42,606 nt of DNA from Nanobdellota archaeon (GCA_038043805.1 JBBTBG010000003.1:1-42606), one strand, 5' to 3'; positions 24,980 through 33,483 are shown, counted from the first letter of the stretch. The notes: generated by a model from the letters alone, not told the origin. Numbers and translations are program-made.

Positions 24980-25509
24980 AACAACAGCTAAATAAGCAGG
25001 AAGTAAAAGTAGAAAATACAATACGTTCTCCAAGGATAGAAAAGGTTCTTCTCAGTTGCGGAGCTACAGGAGACGACCTCACAAAGGCAAAAAAACTTCT
25101 TGATCTTATCTCTCAACGCAAGGCGCAAATTATTGCATCTCAGAAACGTATTCCTGATTTCGGTGTACGCCCAGGTTTGGAAGTTGGAACACGAGTCACG
25201 CTTCGCGGAAAAGAAGCTGTAACGTTACTACTCAGGCTCTTAGGTGCAGTAGATAATTTGCTAAAGAAAAAACAAGTTTCCGACAATCATTTTTCTTTTG
25301 GAATCCATGAATATATTGAGATTCCAGGAACCGAATATCAAAGAGATATAGGCATTAGAGGCCTCAATGTTACAGTTGTCTTTTCTCGTAAAGGCTTACG
25401 TGTTACGAATAAGAAAAGAAAGTCAGCACATTTACCAAAAAAACAAAATGTCACAGCCCAAGAAATTATCAAGTACATGGAGGATCACTTCAAGACGAAG
25501 TTTAAGTAA
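24976..25509 (+). CDS. rpl5: Ribosomal protein uL5
   Basis: ATG 24976 overlaps the eS4 stop. [18 protein letters not shown] ... [13 protein letters not shown] motifs are present. Confidence 0.9.
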   Translation: MKQQLNKQEVKVENTIRSPRIEKVLLSCGATGDDLTKAKKLLDLISQRKAQIIASQKRIPDFGVRPGLEVGTRVTLRGKEAVTLLLRLLGAVDNLLKKKQVSDNHFSFGIHEYIEIPGTEYQRDIGIRGLNVTVVFSRKGLRVTNKKRKSAHLPKKQNVTAQEIIKYMEDHFKTKFK

Positions 25510-25511
25510 AG

Positions 25512-25745
25512 ATGACAGCAAGCGACTGGAATAAAATAGCAAGTAAACAATTGAAAAATAAGCCAGTAGTTTTACAGAAATTCCTCAAATTTAATAGACC
25601 TAAAGTGCGCAAGATGGGTATCGCATCTAAAAAATGTGAGCGTTGCGGTCGCTTTGGCGCACATCTTAGTCAATATAATCTCAATCTTTGCAGGCAATGC
25701 TTTAGGGAGATTGCTACAAAGATAGGATTCAAAAAATATAGTTAA
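25512..25745 (+). CDS. rps14: Ribosomal protein uS14 (zinc-ribbon type)
   Basis: CERCGR...[17 protein letters not shown], with a ~20-aa N-terminal extension relative to the usual short archaeal form. Confidence 0.9.
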   Translation: MTASDWNKIASKQLKNKPVVLQKFLKFNRPKVRKMGIASKKCERCGRFGAHLSQYNLNLCRQCFREIATKIGFKKYS

Positions 25746-25746
25746 C

Positions 25747-26121
25747 ATGAGCCAAGACAAAGTAGCCGATGCACTAAATCAAATCATGAACGCCAAAAGG
25801 GCACGAAAGTCAGTCGTGACTCTTAAAGCACACTCAAAGCTTTTGCTTTCTATTCTCGCGATTGCAAAGCTCAAGGGATATATCAAAAATTATAAAGCAG
25901 ATGGAGTCAAACTAGCTATAGAATTAGGAAGGATTAATGGATGCAACGCAATAAAACCAAGATATTTTATTGCTGTAGAAGACATTGAAAAATATACTAA
26001 GCGATACCTGCCTGCTAAAGACATAGGCATTCTTATCTTGACGACAAATCAAGGACTTATGACACATCAGACTGCTTTAGAAAAAAATATCGGGGGAGGG
26101 CTTCTAGCCTACATATACTAA
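25747..26121 (+). CDS. rps8: Ribosomal protein uS8
   Basis: VADALNQIMNAKRARK ... GGGLLAYIY motifs. Confidence 0.95.
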   Translation: MSQDKVADALNQIMNAKRARKSVVTLKAHSKLLLSILAIAKLKGYIKNYKADGVKLAIELGRINGCNAIKPRYFIAVEDIEKYTKRYLPAKDIGILILTTNQGLMTHQTALEKNIGGGLLAYIY

Positions 26122-26122
26122 C

Positions 26123-26668
26123 ATGAGAAAAGAATTGAAAGAATCCATTACTATTCCTCAAGGAATAGAGTGCAAGGTAGAAGGAAAAATACTAACGTGT
26201 AAAAAAGAAGGAGTAGAAATCTCACGCAAGTTAACTCTTCCAGGAATTCTTATATCTCTAGAATCAAATAATATTACAATACATACGCCAAAGGGAAATA
26301 AAAACGATTACAAAAAAATAAAATCAACAATAGCACATATTCAAAACATGTTTTTTGGAATAAATAATAAATTTACATATTCTTTAGAAGCGTGCAACGT
26401 TCATTTTCCCATGACTCTCAAAACTGAGCCAGGGAAACTAATCATCAATAACTTTCTGGGAGAGAAAGTCCCACGCACAGCAAAAATCCTCCCTCAAGTA
26501 ATCATGGAAGTAAAGGGTACAAAAATTACTCTCACTTCTCAAGATAAAGAAGCAGCAGGTCAAACAGCTGCCAATATAGAGAAAGCAACAAAGATACGCT
26601 ATCGGGACAGGAGAATCTTCCAGGATGGTATTTTTATAACGAGTAAGCCTGAGGAAGGTGTGGCATGA
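26123..26668 (+). CDS. rpl6: Ribosomal protein uL6
   Basis: Two-domain uL6 pattern, in the expected position between rps8 and rpl32e. Confidence 0.9.
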   Translation: MRKELKESITIPQGIECKVEGKILTCKKEGVEISRKLTLPGILISLESNNITIHTPKGNKNDYKKIKSTIAHIQNMFFGINNKFTYSLEACNVHFPMTLKTEPGKLIINNFLGEKVPRTAKILPQVIMEVKGTKITLTSQDKEAAGQTAANIEKATKIRYRDRRIFQDGIFITSKPEEGVA

Positions 26669-27033
26669 GCAAGAAGAATCCTACGTTCCTACGTTCAGAT
26701 ACAGTTCGTCATCTCAGGTTAGGTAAAAAGCGTCGTAAGCTCCAAAAGTGGAGAAGACCTCGAGGACATCATAGCAAAATACGACTTAAGCGTTTTAGTT
26801 ATCCTACTCAACCAGGCGTAGGGTATGGTACTGAAAAGAAAGCAGCAGGAAAAATAGAAGGCCGCCTACTCTTACTCATTCACAATGCCGCTGAACTTGC
26901 AAAAGTAAATCCTAAGACCCATGCAGTAATTCTTGCAAGAATAGGGGCAAAGAAAAAAATAGAACTACTTAAGAAAGCTCAAGAATCAAACATCATCGTA
27001 ATAAACGCTCAAATAGAGAGGACTAAAGCATGA
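26665..27033 (+). CDS. rpl32e: Ribosomal protein eL32
   Basis: RHLRLGKKRRKLQKWRRPRGHHSKIRLK motif. Confidence 0.9.
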   Translation: MSKKNPTFLRSDTVRHLRLGKKRRKLQKWRRPRGHHSKIRLKRFSYPTQPGVGYGTEKKAAGKIEGRLLLLIHNAAELAKVNPKTHAVILARIGAKKKIELLKKAQESNIIVINAQIERTKA

Positions 27034-27437
27034 ACTTAGAAAAAAAGAAAATTCTTGCAGCAAAAACTTTTGGTGTTGGAAAAGAAAGAATAGTTCTTAA
27101 TCAGACGCGTCTTGCAGACATTAAAGAGGCAATAACCAAGCAAGATATTCGAGATCTTTTTACAGATAAAGCGATTGTTATCAAGGAAATAAAAGGGCGT
27201 AAGTCTTCTCCAAAAAGAACAACACGAAGACGTGCAGGAAGTATTAAAAAGAGAGTCAAGAACGGAAAAAGACAATACATTATTTTAACACGCAAATTAC
27301 GAAGACATCTTGCAGAATTAAAGAGAAAAGATCTTATCAAGAAAGAGAACTATCTTACTCTTAGAAAAGAGATTCGAGCAAGAGCATTTAAAGATAAAAA
27401 TCACTTTAAGGAGAGAATAATTCAACTTTCACCATGA
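27030..27437 (+). CDS. rpl19e: Ribosomal protein eL19
   Basis: KKILAAKTFGVGKERIVLN...IKGRKSSPKR motifs. Confidence 0.9.
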   Translation: MNLEKKKILAAKTFGVGKERIVLNQTRLADIKEAITKQDIRDLFTDKAIVIKEIKGRKSSPKRTTRRRAGSIKKRVKNGKRQYIILTRKLRRHLAELKRKDLIKKENYLTLRKEIRARAFKDKNHFKERIIQLSP

Positions 27438-27907
27438 GACGAACATTTAGAAGACGCAGAAAAGAACAGAAAACTGATTATCGTGCACGCTTAGCTCTGC
27501 TCAAATCAGGTAAACCTCGTTTAGTGATTAGAAAGACAAATAAGTTGCTTATTGTTCAGATTGTCGCATCGGAAGGTGCACAAGACAAAGTAATTTTAAC
27601 AGTTACTTCTAAGGACTTGTTTATGCACGGATGGCCTAAAGAATCACCAGGAAGTCTTAAGAGCCTTCCTGCAGCATATCTCACAGGCTATTTGATCGCA
27701 AAAAAAGCCAAAGCAAAAACTCCACAAGCGATTCTTGATATTGGTCTGCAAAGAAGCATTCCCAAATCAAGAGTTTACGCAGTTCTTAAAGGAGCAGTAG
27801 ATGGAGGGCTTACTATTCCTCACAATCCAGAAGTATTTCCTACGCAAGAAATGTTTGCAAAACATAAAAATAATAAACTTATGGAGGGCATAAAGCATAA
27901 AATTTAA
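27434..27907 (+). CDS. rpl18: Ribosomal protein uL18
   Basis: RRRRKEQKTDYRARLALLKSGKPRLVIRKTNK motif. Confidence 0.95.
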   Translation: MRRTFRRRRKEQKTDYRARLALLKSGKPRLVIRKTNKLLIVQIVASEGAQDKVILTVTSKDLFMHGWPKESPGSLKSLPAAYLTGYLIAKKAKAKTPQAILDIGLQRSIPKSRVYAVLKGAVDGGLTIPHNPEVFPTQEMFAKHKNNKLMEGIKHKI

Positions 27908-27909
27908 CT

Positions 27910-28728
27910 ATGGCTGAAAATGATACAATTAATACTATGAAAGACCTTATCGAGGCAACTCCTGAAGAAGTAGCTAAGCTTGAAAAGCAACAGGAAGAAC
28001 AAGCCGCGAGGCTTAGAGAAGAAGAACGTCCTCTCACTAAATCTCAAAGAAAAGCTCAACGGGATGAAGAAAATGAAAAAAAAGCACTTGCTGCATGGGT
28101 TCCCAAGACAGCGTTAGGAAAGGCTGTAAAAGCTGGAAAGGAAAAAGATTTTGATGAACTTCTCACATCTCATAAGAAAATTCTTGAGAGTGAAATTGTT
28201 GATCTCTTGTTACGTTTGGAAAATGATCTGCTATTAATCGGTCAAGCAAAAGGAAAGTTTGGAGGAGGAAAGCGTAGAGCATGGAGGCAGACACAGAAAA
28301 AGACTATGGAAGGAAACGTTGTAACCTTCTCTTCCCTTGCAGTCGTAGGAGATAGGAAGGGTCATGTAGGAATAGGCATGGGTAGGGCAAAGGAAACACT
28401 TCCTTCTAGAACAAAAGCATTGCGACAAGCAAAATTGAGCATCATTAAAGTGGAGCGAGGATATGAGTCTCCAGAGGAAAAAGCATTAAAAGTCGAACCT
28501 CATACAGTCCCATTTATTGTTCAAGGAAAATGTGGTAGCATTCGTATAAAGCTAATTCCTGCACCTAGAGGAACAGGTCTGGTTGTAGGAGATGAATGCA
28601 AAAAAATACTTCGTCTTGCTGGAATTGCAGATGTCTATGCAGTAACACGTGGGCAGACACGGACGACGTTCAATGTGGCAAAAGCGTGCATAGACGCACT
28701 CAAAAAAACAAAGGAGATGCAGCTATGA
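27910..28728 (+). CDS. rps5: Ribosomal protein uS5 with a ~60-aa E/K/Q-rich N-terminal extension
   Basis: The core begins at WVPKTALGKAVKAGK...ESEIVDLLL, with a later dsRBD-like/S5 C-domain (GRAKETLPSRTKALRQAK). Confidence 0.9.
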   Translation: MAENDTINTMKDLIEATPEEVAKLEKQQEEQAARLREEERPLTKSQRKAQRDEENEKKALAAWVPKTALGKAVKAGKEKDFDELLTSHKKILESEIVDLLLRLENDLLLIGQAKGKFGGGKRRAWRQTQKKTMEGNVVTFSSLAVVGDRKGHVGIGMGRAKETLPSRTKALRQAKLSIIKVERGYESPEEKALKVEPHTVPFIVQGKCGSIRIKLIPAPRGTGLVVGDECKKILRLAGIADVYAVTRGQTRTTFNVAKACIDALKKTKEMQL

Positions 28729-29141
28729 TAATCGCAATCCGCATCTCAGGTCTCGTAGAAATGCCTCAAGCGCCGCAAGAAACATTATTCAGAATGAGGC
28801 TGCGAAGAAAATACTCGGCAATTATTTTAGAATCTACACCTTCAAACCTCAAATTGCTTCAGAGTGTGAGAAACTTTATAGCTTATGGTGATATTAATCC
28901 AGAAACACTTGCTCTTTTAGTTGAAAAACGCGGCGTTGCTATCGACAAAAAGAAAGTAGATACAAAAAAAGTGCTCGAGCAACTCGAGAAGAAAGGTCTC
29001 GAAGGTGTAGGTTTAAAACCCTTCTTCCGCCTCCATCCTCCTCGCGGAGGCATTGACAGTAAACTTCACTATCCAATTCGTGGTGGAGTTCTCGGAGATA
29101 ATAAGAAAGATATTAATGAGCTCATTGGGAGGATGTTATGA
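28725..29141 (+). CDS. rpl30: Ribosomal protein uL30
   Basis: The start MIIAIRISGLVEMPQAPQETLFRMRLRR overlaps the rps5 stop by ATGA. Confidence 0.9.
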   Translation: MIIAIRISGLVEMPQAPQETLFRMRLRRKYSAIILESTPSNLKLLQSVRNFIAYGDINPETLALLVEKRGVAIDKKKVDTKKVLEQLEKKGLEGVGLKPFFRLHPPRGGIDSKLHYPIRGGVLGDNKKDINELIGRML

Positions 29142-29253
29142 GTCATCAATCAAATGGAAGTTGTCAGCAAGACGTCAGAAATCAGAGATTCCTGAGCGCC
29201 ATTGAGAACCTTTGGTTCTCAAGGAACCGTAGGTTTCTTACTGAGGATGTTAT
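29129..29253 (+). repeat. 11-nt direct repeat GAGGATGTTAT (29129-29139 and 29243-29253) bracketing a 114-nt insertion at the rpl30/rpl15 junction
   Basis: Read directly. The two repeat starts are 114 nt apart. Deleting one repeat plus the intervening sequence gives GAGGATGTTATAAGATG, i.e. an rpl30 TAA stop, 1 nt, then the rpl15 ATG. Confidence 0.8.
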
Positions 29254-29260
29254 AAGATGA
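29138..29260 (+). CDS. Possible 40-codon micro-ORF (MSHQSNGSCQQDVRNQRFLSAIENLWFSRNRRFLTEDVIR) bridging rpl30 and rpl15
   Basis: Its ATG overlaps the rpl30 stop (ATGA at 29138-29141), and its TGA overlaps the rpl15 ATG (ATGA at 29257-29260). It is below the ORF-track size cut-off. It has 6 Arg and no Lys. Coding status is unproven. Confidence 0.3.
   Translation: MSHQSNGSCQQDVRNQRFLSAIENLWFSRNRRFLTEDVIR
29204..29239 (+). repeat. Two tandem related palindromic hairpins (GAGAACC-TTT-GGTTCTC and AAGGAACC-GTA-GGTTTCTT)
   Basis: Read directly. The first is a 7-bp perfect stem (29204-29220). The second is an 8-bp stem with one G.T pair (29221-29239). Both share the core GAACC-N3-GGTT. Confidence 0.75.
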
Positions 29261-29754
29261 AAACCAAAAAACGTTGCAAATCTTCTCGATTTAGAGGATC
29301 TCAGTCAGCGCGAAGAGGAAGGTCAGCACGCGCACGAGGTTCTGGAAACCAAGGAGGGAAAGGATGGGCTGGCACGGGCAAGCGCGGAGATCAAAAGAAT
29401 TCTCTCGTAGTCAAGATTACAGGAGGCAATAATTATTTTGGTAAAGACCAAACGCTTCGCAGAGGCACTCAACAAAAAAAACTGCAAGTCATCAATCTCT
29501 CAGACGTTCAGCAGAAAGCATCTTCTCTCACATCAAAAGACGGCTTTATCAACTTAGAAGGCTATAAGATACTAGGAGAAGGCGATATTTCTTCTCCTCT
29601 AAAAATTAAAGCAAGCGCCGCATCAAAATCAGTTCAAGAAAAAATTAAGGCAGCTAAAGGAACGCTCATTCTTCCAAGTCAAGCAGATGAAAAGAAGGTA
29701 GAAAAGAAAGAAGAAAAAGTTCCTAAGAAAAAAGCTGAGAAGAAATCAGCTTAA
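29257..29754 (+). CDS. rpl15: Ribosomal protein uL15
   Basis: Gly/Arg-rich N-terminus SRFRGSQSARRGRSARARGSGNQGGKGWAGTGKRG, in the expected position before secY. Confidence 0.9.
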   Translation: MKTKKRCKSSRFRGSQSARRGRSARARGSGNQGGKGWAGTGKRGDQKNSLVVKITGGNNYFGKDQTLRRGTQQKKLQVINLSDVQQKASSLTSKDGFINLEGYKILGEGDISSPLKIKASAASKSVQEKIKAAKGTLILPSQADEKKVEKKEEKVPKKKAEKKSA

Positions 29755-29791
29755 ATTTTCCTGCCCTCGATGAATTAATCTTTCCGCAGGC

Positions 29792-29799
29792 TTTAAAAA
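29792..29799 (+). promoter_or_regulatory. TATA box (TTTAAAAA) for secY; leaderless geometry
   Basis: Its centre is ~26 nt upstream of ATG 29821. Confidence 0.45.
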
Positions 29800-29820
29800 C
29801 TCTTTTTTGTACATCAAAGT

Positions 29821-31209
29821 ATGGATATTAAAAATATTCTGTATAATCTGCCAGAAGTTAGACATCCTCAGGAAAAAAAGGTGAGCTTTAACGTCAAGCT
29901 TAAGTGGACATTGATTATTCTTTTTGCATTCTTTATTCTTGCAAATATCCCTCTCTACGGACTTGGGCCCAATTCTCTGGCAAATTTTGAATATCTTGCA
30001 ATCATTCTAGGAACAGATTTTGGCAGCATCATTAGTCTAGGTATTGGTCCGATCGTTATGGCCTCTATTATATTACAGCTACTTGTGGGTTCAAGCATTC
30101 TCAAAATTGATACCACTACTACCGAAGGGAAAAAGTATTTTCAAGGGTTGCAGAAACTCGGAGTTATTTTCTTTATTCTCTTTGAGGCAATGGTATATGT
30201 TCTCATGGGCGGGCTTCAGCCAGTCACTCCTAATCTCACGCTCATTCTCATTGTCCAGCTCGTTCTTGGAGGTCTTGCTATCATGTTCATGGATGAAGTC
30301 GTTACTAAATGGGGATTTGGATCAGGAACATCGTTGTTTATCGTCGCAGGAGTCGCATGGCGCATGTTTGCACAACTCTTTCAATTCATTACTCCTACAG
30401 GAGAGAATTGTCTTGCGAATTTCTCTGAGGGTCAGACCTCTTGCGTTGGCAAGGTTCTTGTAATTATTCATTCAGTCATCAATGGCGCCCCTACAGAAGC
30501 ACTCGCAGCACTCGCAGCTATTCTTGCAACTATAGTTATTTTTCTCCTCGTTGTTGCTGCTCAAAGCCTTAAAGTAGAGATTCCACTAACCTATGAACGG
30601 CTCCGAGGACATAGCATGAAATGGCCATTGGCATTTTTCTACGCTTCAGTAATTCCAGTTATTCTTGTTGCAGCACTCCTTGCAAACTTACAGCTTTTTG
30701 GAATTCTTCTAGAAAATTCAGGAAATCCTATTCTCGGAACTTTTAGTCAAGGCCAGCCGACTTCAGGTCTGGTATTTTGGTTGACAAATTCAAATCTTCT
30801 TGATGCGACAATCAAAGGAAGTCTTTCACAGCGCCAAATTTGGCAGTCCATTATTCATACTATCTTCTTTATGATTTTCTCAGCAGTTTTTGCGGTGCTT
30901 TGGGTTAGAACATCTGGAATGGACGAGTCATCTCAGGCAAAGAAAATTCTTGCATCAGGCCTTCAGATTCCAGGATTTAGAAAGGACCAGCGCGTTCTTG
31001 AATCAATCTTAAAGCGCTATATCTTTCCCCTCACAGTTATGGGGGGCCTTGCCATTGGACTTCTTTCAGCAATAGCAGATATTCTTGGGGCGCTTGTTTC
31101 AGGAACTGCAATTCTTCTTGCAGTCATGATTATGTATCAACTCTACCAAAGCGTTGCACAGCAGCATGCAGTAGATATGCACCCTGCATTAAGAAAGGTG
31201 ATGGGATAA
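29821..31209 (+). CDS. secY: Protein translocase subunit SecY
   Basis: 462 aa, 10-TM pattern, in the position after rpl15. SLGIGPIVMASIILQLL is the plug/TM2 motif. Confidence 0.95.
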   Translation: MDIKNILYNLPEVRHPQEKKVSFNVKLKWTLIILFAFFILANIPLYGLGPNSLANFEYLAIILGTDFGSIISLGIGPIVMASIILQLLVGSSILKIDTTTTEGKKYFQGLQKLGVIFFILFEAMVYVLMGGLQPVTPNLTLILIVQLVLGGLAIMFMDEVVTKWGFGSGTSLFIVAGVAWRMFAQLFQFITPTGENCLANFSEGQTSCVGKVLVIIHSVINGAPTEALAALAAILATIVIFLLVVAAQSLKVEIPLTYERLRGHSMKWPLAFFYASVIPVILVAALLANLQLFGILLENSGNPILGTFSQGQPTSGLVFWLTNSNLLDATIKGSLSQRQIWQSIIHTIFFMIFSAVFAVLWVRTSGMDESSQAKKILASGLQIPGFRKDQRVLESILKRYIFPLTVMGGLAIGLLSAIADILGALVSGTAILLAVMIMYQLYQSVAQQHAVDMHPALRKVMG

Positions 31210-31239
31210 GAACATGGTCAAAAACAATCAGGTGATACG

Positions 31240-31764
31240 ATGAAAGGAATGAAGCTCTTCCTACTTGTCACAGTTATTGCTCTCTTTATTCCAGCACTCT
31301 GGGATGCATTTCCTATTATTAAAAACACAGGGCATGCGATTCTCGATCCCACTGCAGGAGCTCTTCTAAATTGGAACAAGGACTGGGGCATGGTCATCAT
31401 TGTAGTCGTACTCACATTCATTACAAGTCTAGTGCAGAAAGCAACGATTGATAAAGAAGCAGCTAAACAACTTAAAGCAGAACAGAAAGCTCTTAACGAA
31501 GAAATGAAATTACATAAAGACAATCCTCAAAAGATGATGGAGTTGCAGAAGAAGAGTTTTGAATTCATTCCTCGCACGTTTGAGCTTACGCTTAAGCCAT
31601 CTCTATTTACCATTGCGCCCCTCATCCTTCTTTTCCGGTGGTTTAGTGATTACTTCACAGAAAATCCTGCAACTATATTTGGATTCTTTAGTTGGTTCTG
31701 GGCATACTTAGTATTCACAATCATTATCGCGTCCTTCCTTAGAAAGTGGCTGGATTTAGTTTAA
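31240..31764 (+). CDS. DUF106/EMC3-TMCO1-like archaeal membrane insertase (Oxa1/YidC superfamily)
   Basis: 174 aa. A TM is followed by the coiled coil KEAAKQLKAEQKALNEEMKLHKDNPQKMMELQKK, then TMs with PLILLFRWF, matching the MJ0480-type layout. An AGGTGA Shine-Dalgarno lies upstream. Confidence 0.75.
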   Translation: MKGMKLFLLVTVIALFIPALWDAFPIIKNTGHAILDPTAGALLNWNKDWGMVIIVVVLTFITSLVQKATIDKEAAKQLKAEQKALNEEMKLHKDNPQKMMELQKKSFEFIPRTFELTLKPSLFTIAPLILLFRWFSDYFTENPATIFGFFSWFWAYLVFTIIIASFLRKWLDLV

Positions 31765-31781
31765 ATAATATAAATGAAGGA

Positions 31782-31789
31782 TTTATAAG
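31782..31789 (+). promoter_or_regulatory. TATA box (TTTATAAG) for the small membrane protein gene at 31811
   Basis: Its centre is ~26 nt upstream of ATG 31811. Confidence 0.4.
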
Positions 31790-31810
31790 ATAGATTTATC
31801 TACAGAATAT

Positions 31811-32122
31811 ATGGGCTGGCTAGATGTTAAAGAGGGCAAAGGGGGACAACATCTTCAGATGATTGCTACTGGCAACATAAGTGAGATAGATAGGATCCAA
31901 CAAAGAGAAAGAAGAAGAAAATGGTTTATTTTTCTAGATGTTGTAGCCATTCTCTCTCTGATCGTAAGTTATTTACTGTATAAAGCAAAATTCTACAGCG
32001 AGGCTTATTGGTCTTTTGGAGTTGCTATAGTAATTTTTATTTATCTTATTTTTAAAAAGATAAAAAGCAATCACTATTTTAAAAAAAGAAAAGATAGAAA
32101 TTTTAGAAGAAACCGAAGATAA
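31811..32122 (+). CDS. Small two-TM membrane protein with a basic C-terminal tail
   Basis: 103-aa ORF with two hydrophobic segments. A correctly spaced TATA box supports expression. No family recognised. Confidence 0.45.
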   Translation: MGWLDVKEGKGGQHLQMIATGNISEIDRIQQRERRRKWFIFLDVVAILSLIVSYLLYKAKFYSEAYWSFGVAIVIFIYLIFKKIKSNHYFKKRKDRNFRRNRR

Positions 32123-32175
32123 AAAATTATAGATGTTTACTTCAACTAATAATATCCTCATAAATCAAAGAAAAA

Positions 32176-32901
32176 TTACTTCACATATTTCTTCAAATCA
32201 TCACCGTGCAGACGCATAAGCTTCTCATCTGCAGTTCTGACATAGCCAACATCAAATCTTTGCAAGTCAAAGTTTTTCTCAAGAAGTTCCTTAAATATCT
32301 TAAGAGAAAACTTAATACATTCTTCAATAGTCATGTCTTCGCGATAATCTTTGCGCAGGATTTCTTTTATTTTTTCGTCATTTTCTCCTAAGGCATTTGC
32401 TTTATAGGCAAGGAAATTGCCTGTAACATCTGAAGTGTACAAATGAGCTTTTCCTTTATTCACACCTCCAAGGAGAAATGAGACTCCATACGGACGTGCT
32501 CCTCCATATTGAGTAGACATCTGTTTTCTGTCGGCAATCATTCGAATCACTGCAATAGGTTCAACAGGAGAATCATAAGTTACGCGATTCTGTTGTGCTA
32601 AGACTTGAGCATTGTCAATAAGCACACGTGCATCTGAGAGAAGACCTGATGCAGTAGCGACAATATGCTCATCAATTTCAAAAATCTTATTCATAGACTC
32701 CGGAGCAACAAGTTTATCACGAATTCTTCGGTCAGCAATAATTATCACGCCATCTTTACACACAAAGCCAATACTCGAGCTTCCCCATTTCACTGCTTTT
32801 TCAGCATATTCTACTTGTAATAGATGACCATCAGGAGAGAACATAGTCGCAGCTCTATCATAACCCATAGCCTGATGCTGCATTTCAGTTGGTACGTCCA
32901 T
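32176..32901 (-). CDS. psmA: Proteasome subunit alpha
   Basis: YDRAATMFSPDGHLLQVEYAEKAV signature; 241 aa. Confidence 0.95.
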   Translation of the reverse strand: MDVPTEMQHQAMGYDRAATMFSPDGHLLQVEYAEKAVKWGSSSIGFVCKDGVIIIADRRIRDKLVAPESMNKIFEIDEHIVATASGLLSDARVLIDNAQVLAQQNRVTYDSPVEPIAVIRMIADRKQMSTQYGGARPYGVSFLLGGVNKGKAHLYTSDVTGNFLAYKANALGENDEKIKEILRKDYREDMTIEECIKFSLKIFKELLEKNFDLQRFDVGYVRTADEKLMRLHGDDLKKYVK

Positions 32902-32994
32902 AATAAGAATATCCTCTTCATTCTTTCAAAGAAAAAGGCTATTTAAGCTTTATGGAGAAATCTCTTACGATTTATTCAGACAGAGAATTAGCAG

Positions 32995-33483
32995 CTAACT
33001 GTCTTTACTGCATTCTTCACGACCCCAGGAAGTTTCAGCGCGCCTACAAAGAGAAGTATCTTTTAACGATTTGGCAATGCCTATAAAACAGAGATCACGA
33101 AGAGACGGGCGCGCCTCAGCACCTGCTCGCAGACGAGGAATAACCTCACATATTTCAGGGTCTTGTTGAGCAATAGCAACGTCCACTCTACATCGTTCTT
33201 TGCAATACTGGTCATATTCCCAGCGAGGGCGCGCCGTAGTGAGCTCTTCACAAAGCGAAAGGGCACCTTTCAAAACAATATCCTTATAATTTGTAGGACA
33301 TTCTTCGGGAGAAGTCTGGCACTCTAGACAGTACCACGAAGGAAAGAGCCAGAAACTAAGCAATCCTACAAGAGAAAGAGCAACAAGAATAAGAATAATG
33401 AAAGAAAGATGAGAGAGCACTTTAGAAAGAAAAAATATATTCGTAAACTTTCCGTAAGTTTCTACCGCCTTTTGATAAATCAT
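32995..33483 (-). CDS. Membrane-anchored Cys-rich protein (12 Cys in the ectodomain)
   Basis: ATG 33483 is preceded by a strong GGGAGGTG Shine-Dalgarno. The ORF-track TTG start at 33558 is less likely. The TM is FIILILVALSLVGLLSFWLF. Repeated C..(I/V).....C spacing is present (DPEICEVI, RDLCFIGIA, DTSLCRRA). The gene is Arg-rich and locally GC-richer by eye. Confidence 0.55.
   Translation of the reverse strand: MIYQKAVETYGKFTNIFFLSKVLSHLSFIILILVALSLVGLLSFWLFPSWYCLECQTSPEECPTNYKDIVLKGALSLCEELTTARPRWEYDQYCKERCRVDVAIAQQDPEICEVIPRLRAGAEARPSLRDLCFIGIAKSLKDTSLCRRAETSWGREECSKDS

Noticed and set aside
18631-28724. Long 5' extensions of several ORF-track entries (18631, 20041, 21127, 23462, 24916, 28596) that overlap the preceding ribosomal protein gene.
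   Set aside because: Each extension is an in-frame read-through of the upstream gene's 3' end. The conserved r-protein N-terminus begins at an internal ATG that abuts or overlaps the previous stop, often with a Shine-Dalgarno. Starts were therefore moved to 18667, 20074, 21196, 23558, 24976 and 28725.
29137-29256. Possible C/D-box sRNA in the rpl30-rpl15 spacer (UAUGAGU ... CUGA ... UUGAGAA ... CUGA).
   Set aside because: The box sequences are degenerate. The C-to-D' spacing of about 55 nt is far from the ~12-nt guide spacing of archaeal C/D sRNAs, and no terminal kink-turn stem is evident.
17673-31209. Possibility of an alternative genetic code or programmed recoding in the ribosomal cluster.
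   Set aside because: All 25 conserved genes read through with standard stops, at expected lengths apart from the terminal extensions, and with intact conserved motifs. There is no in-frame TGA, TAG or TAA inside conserved cores.
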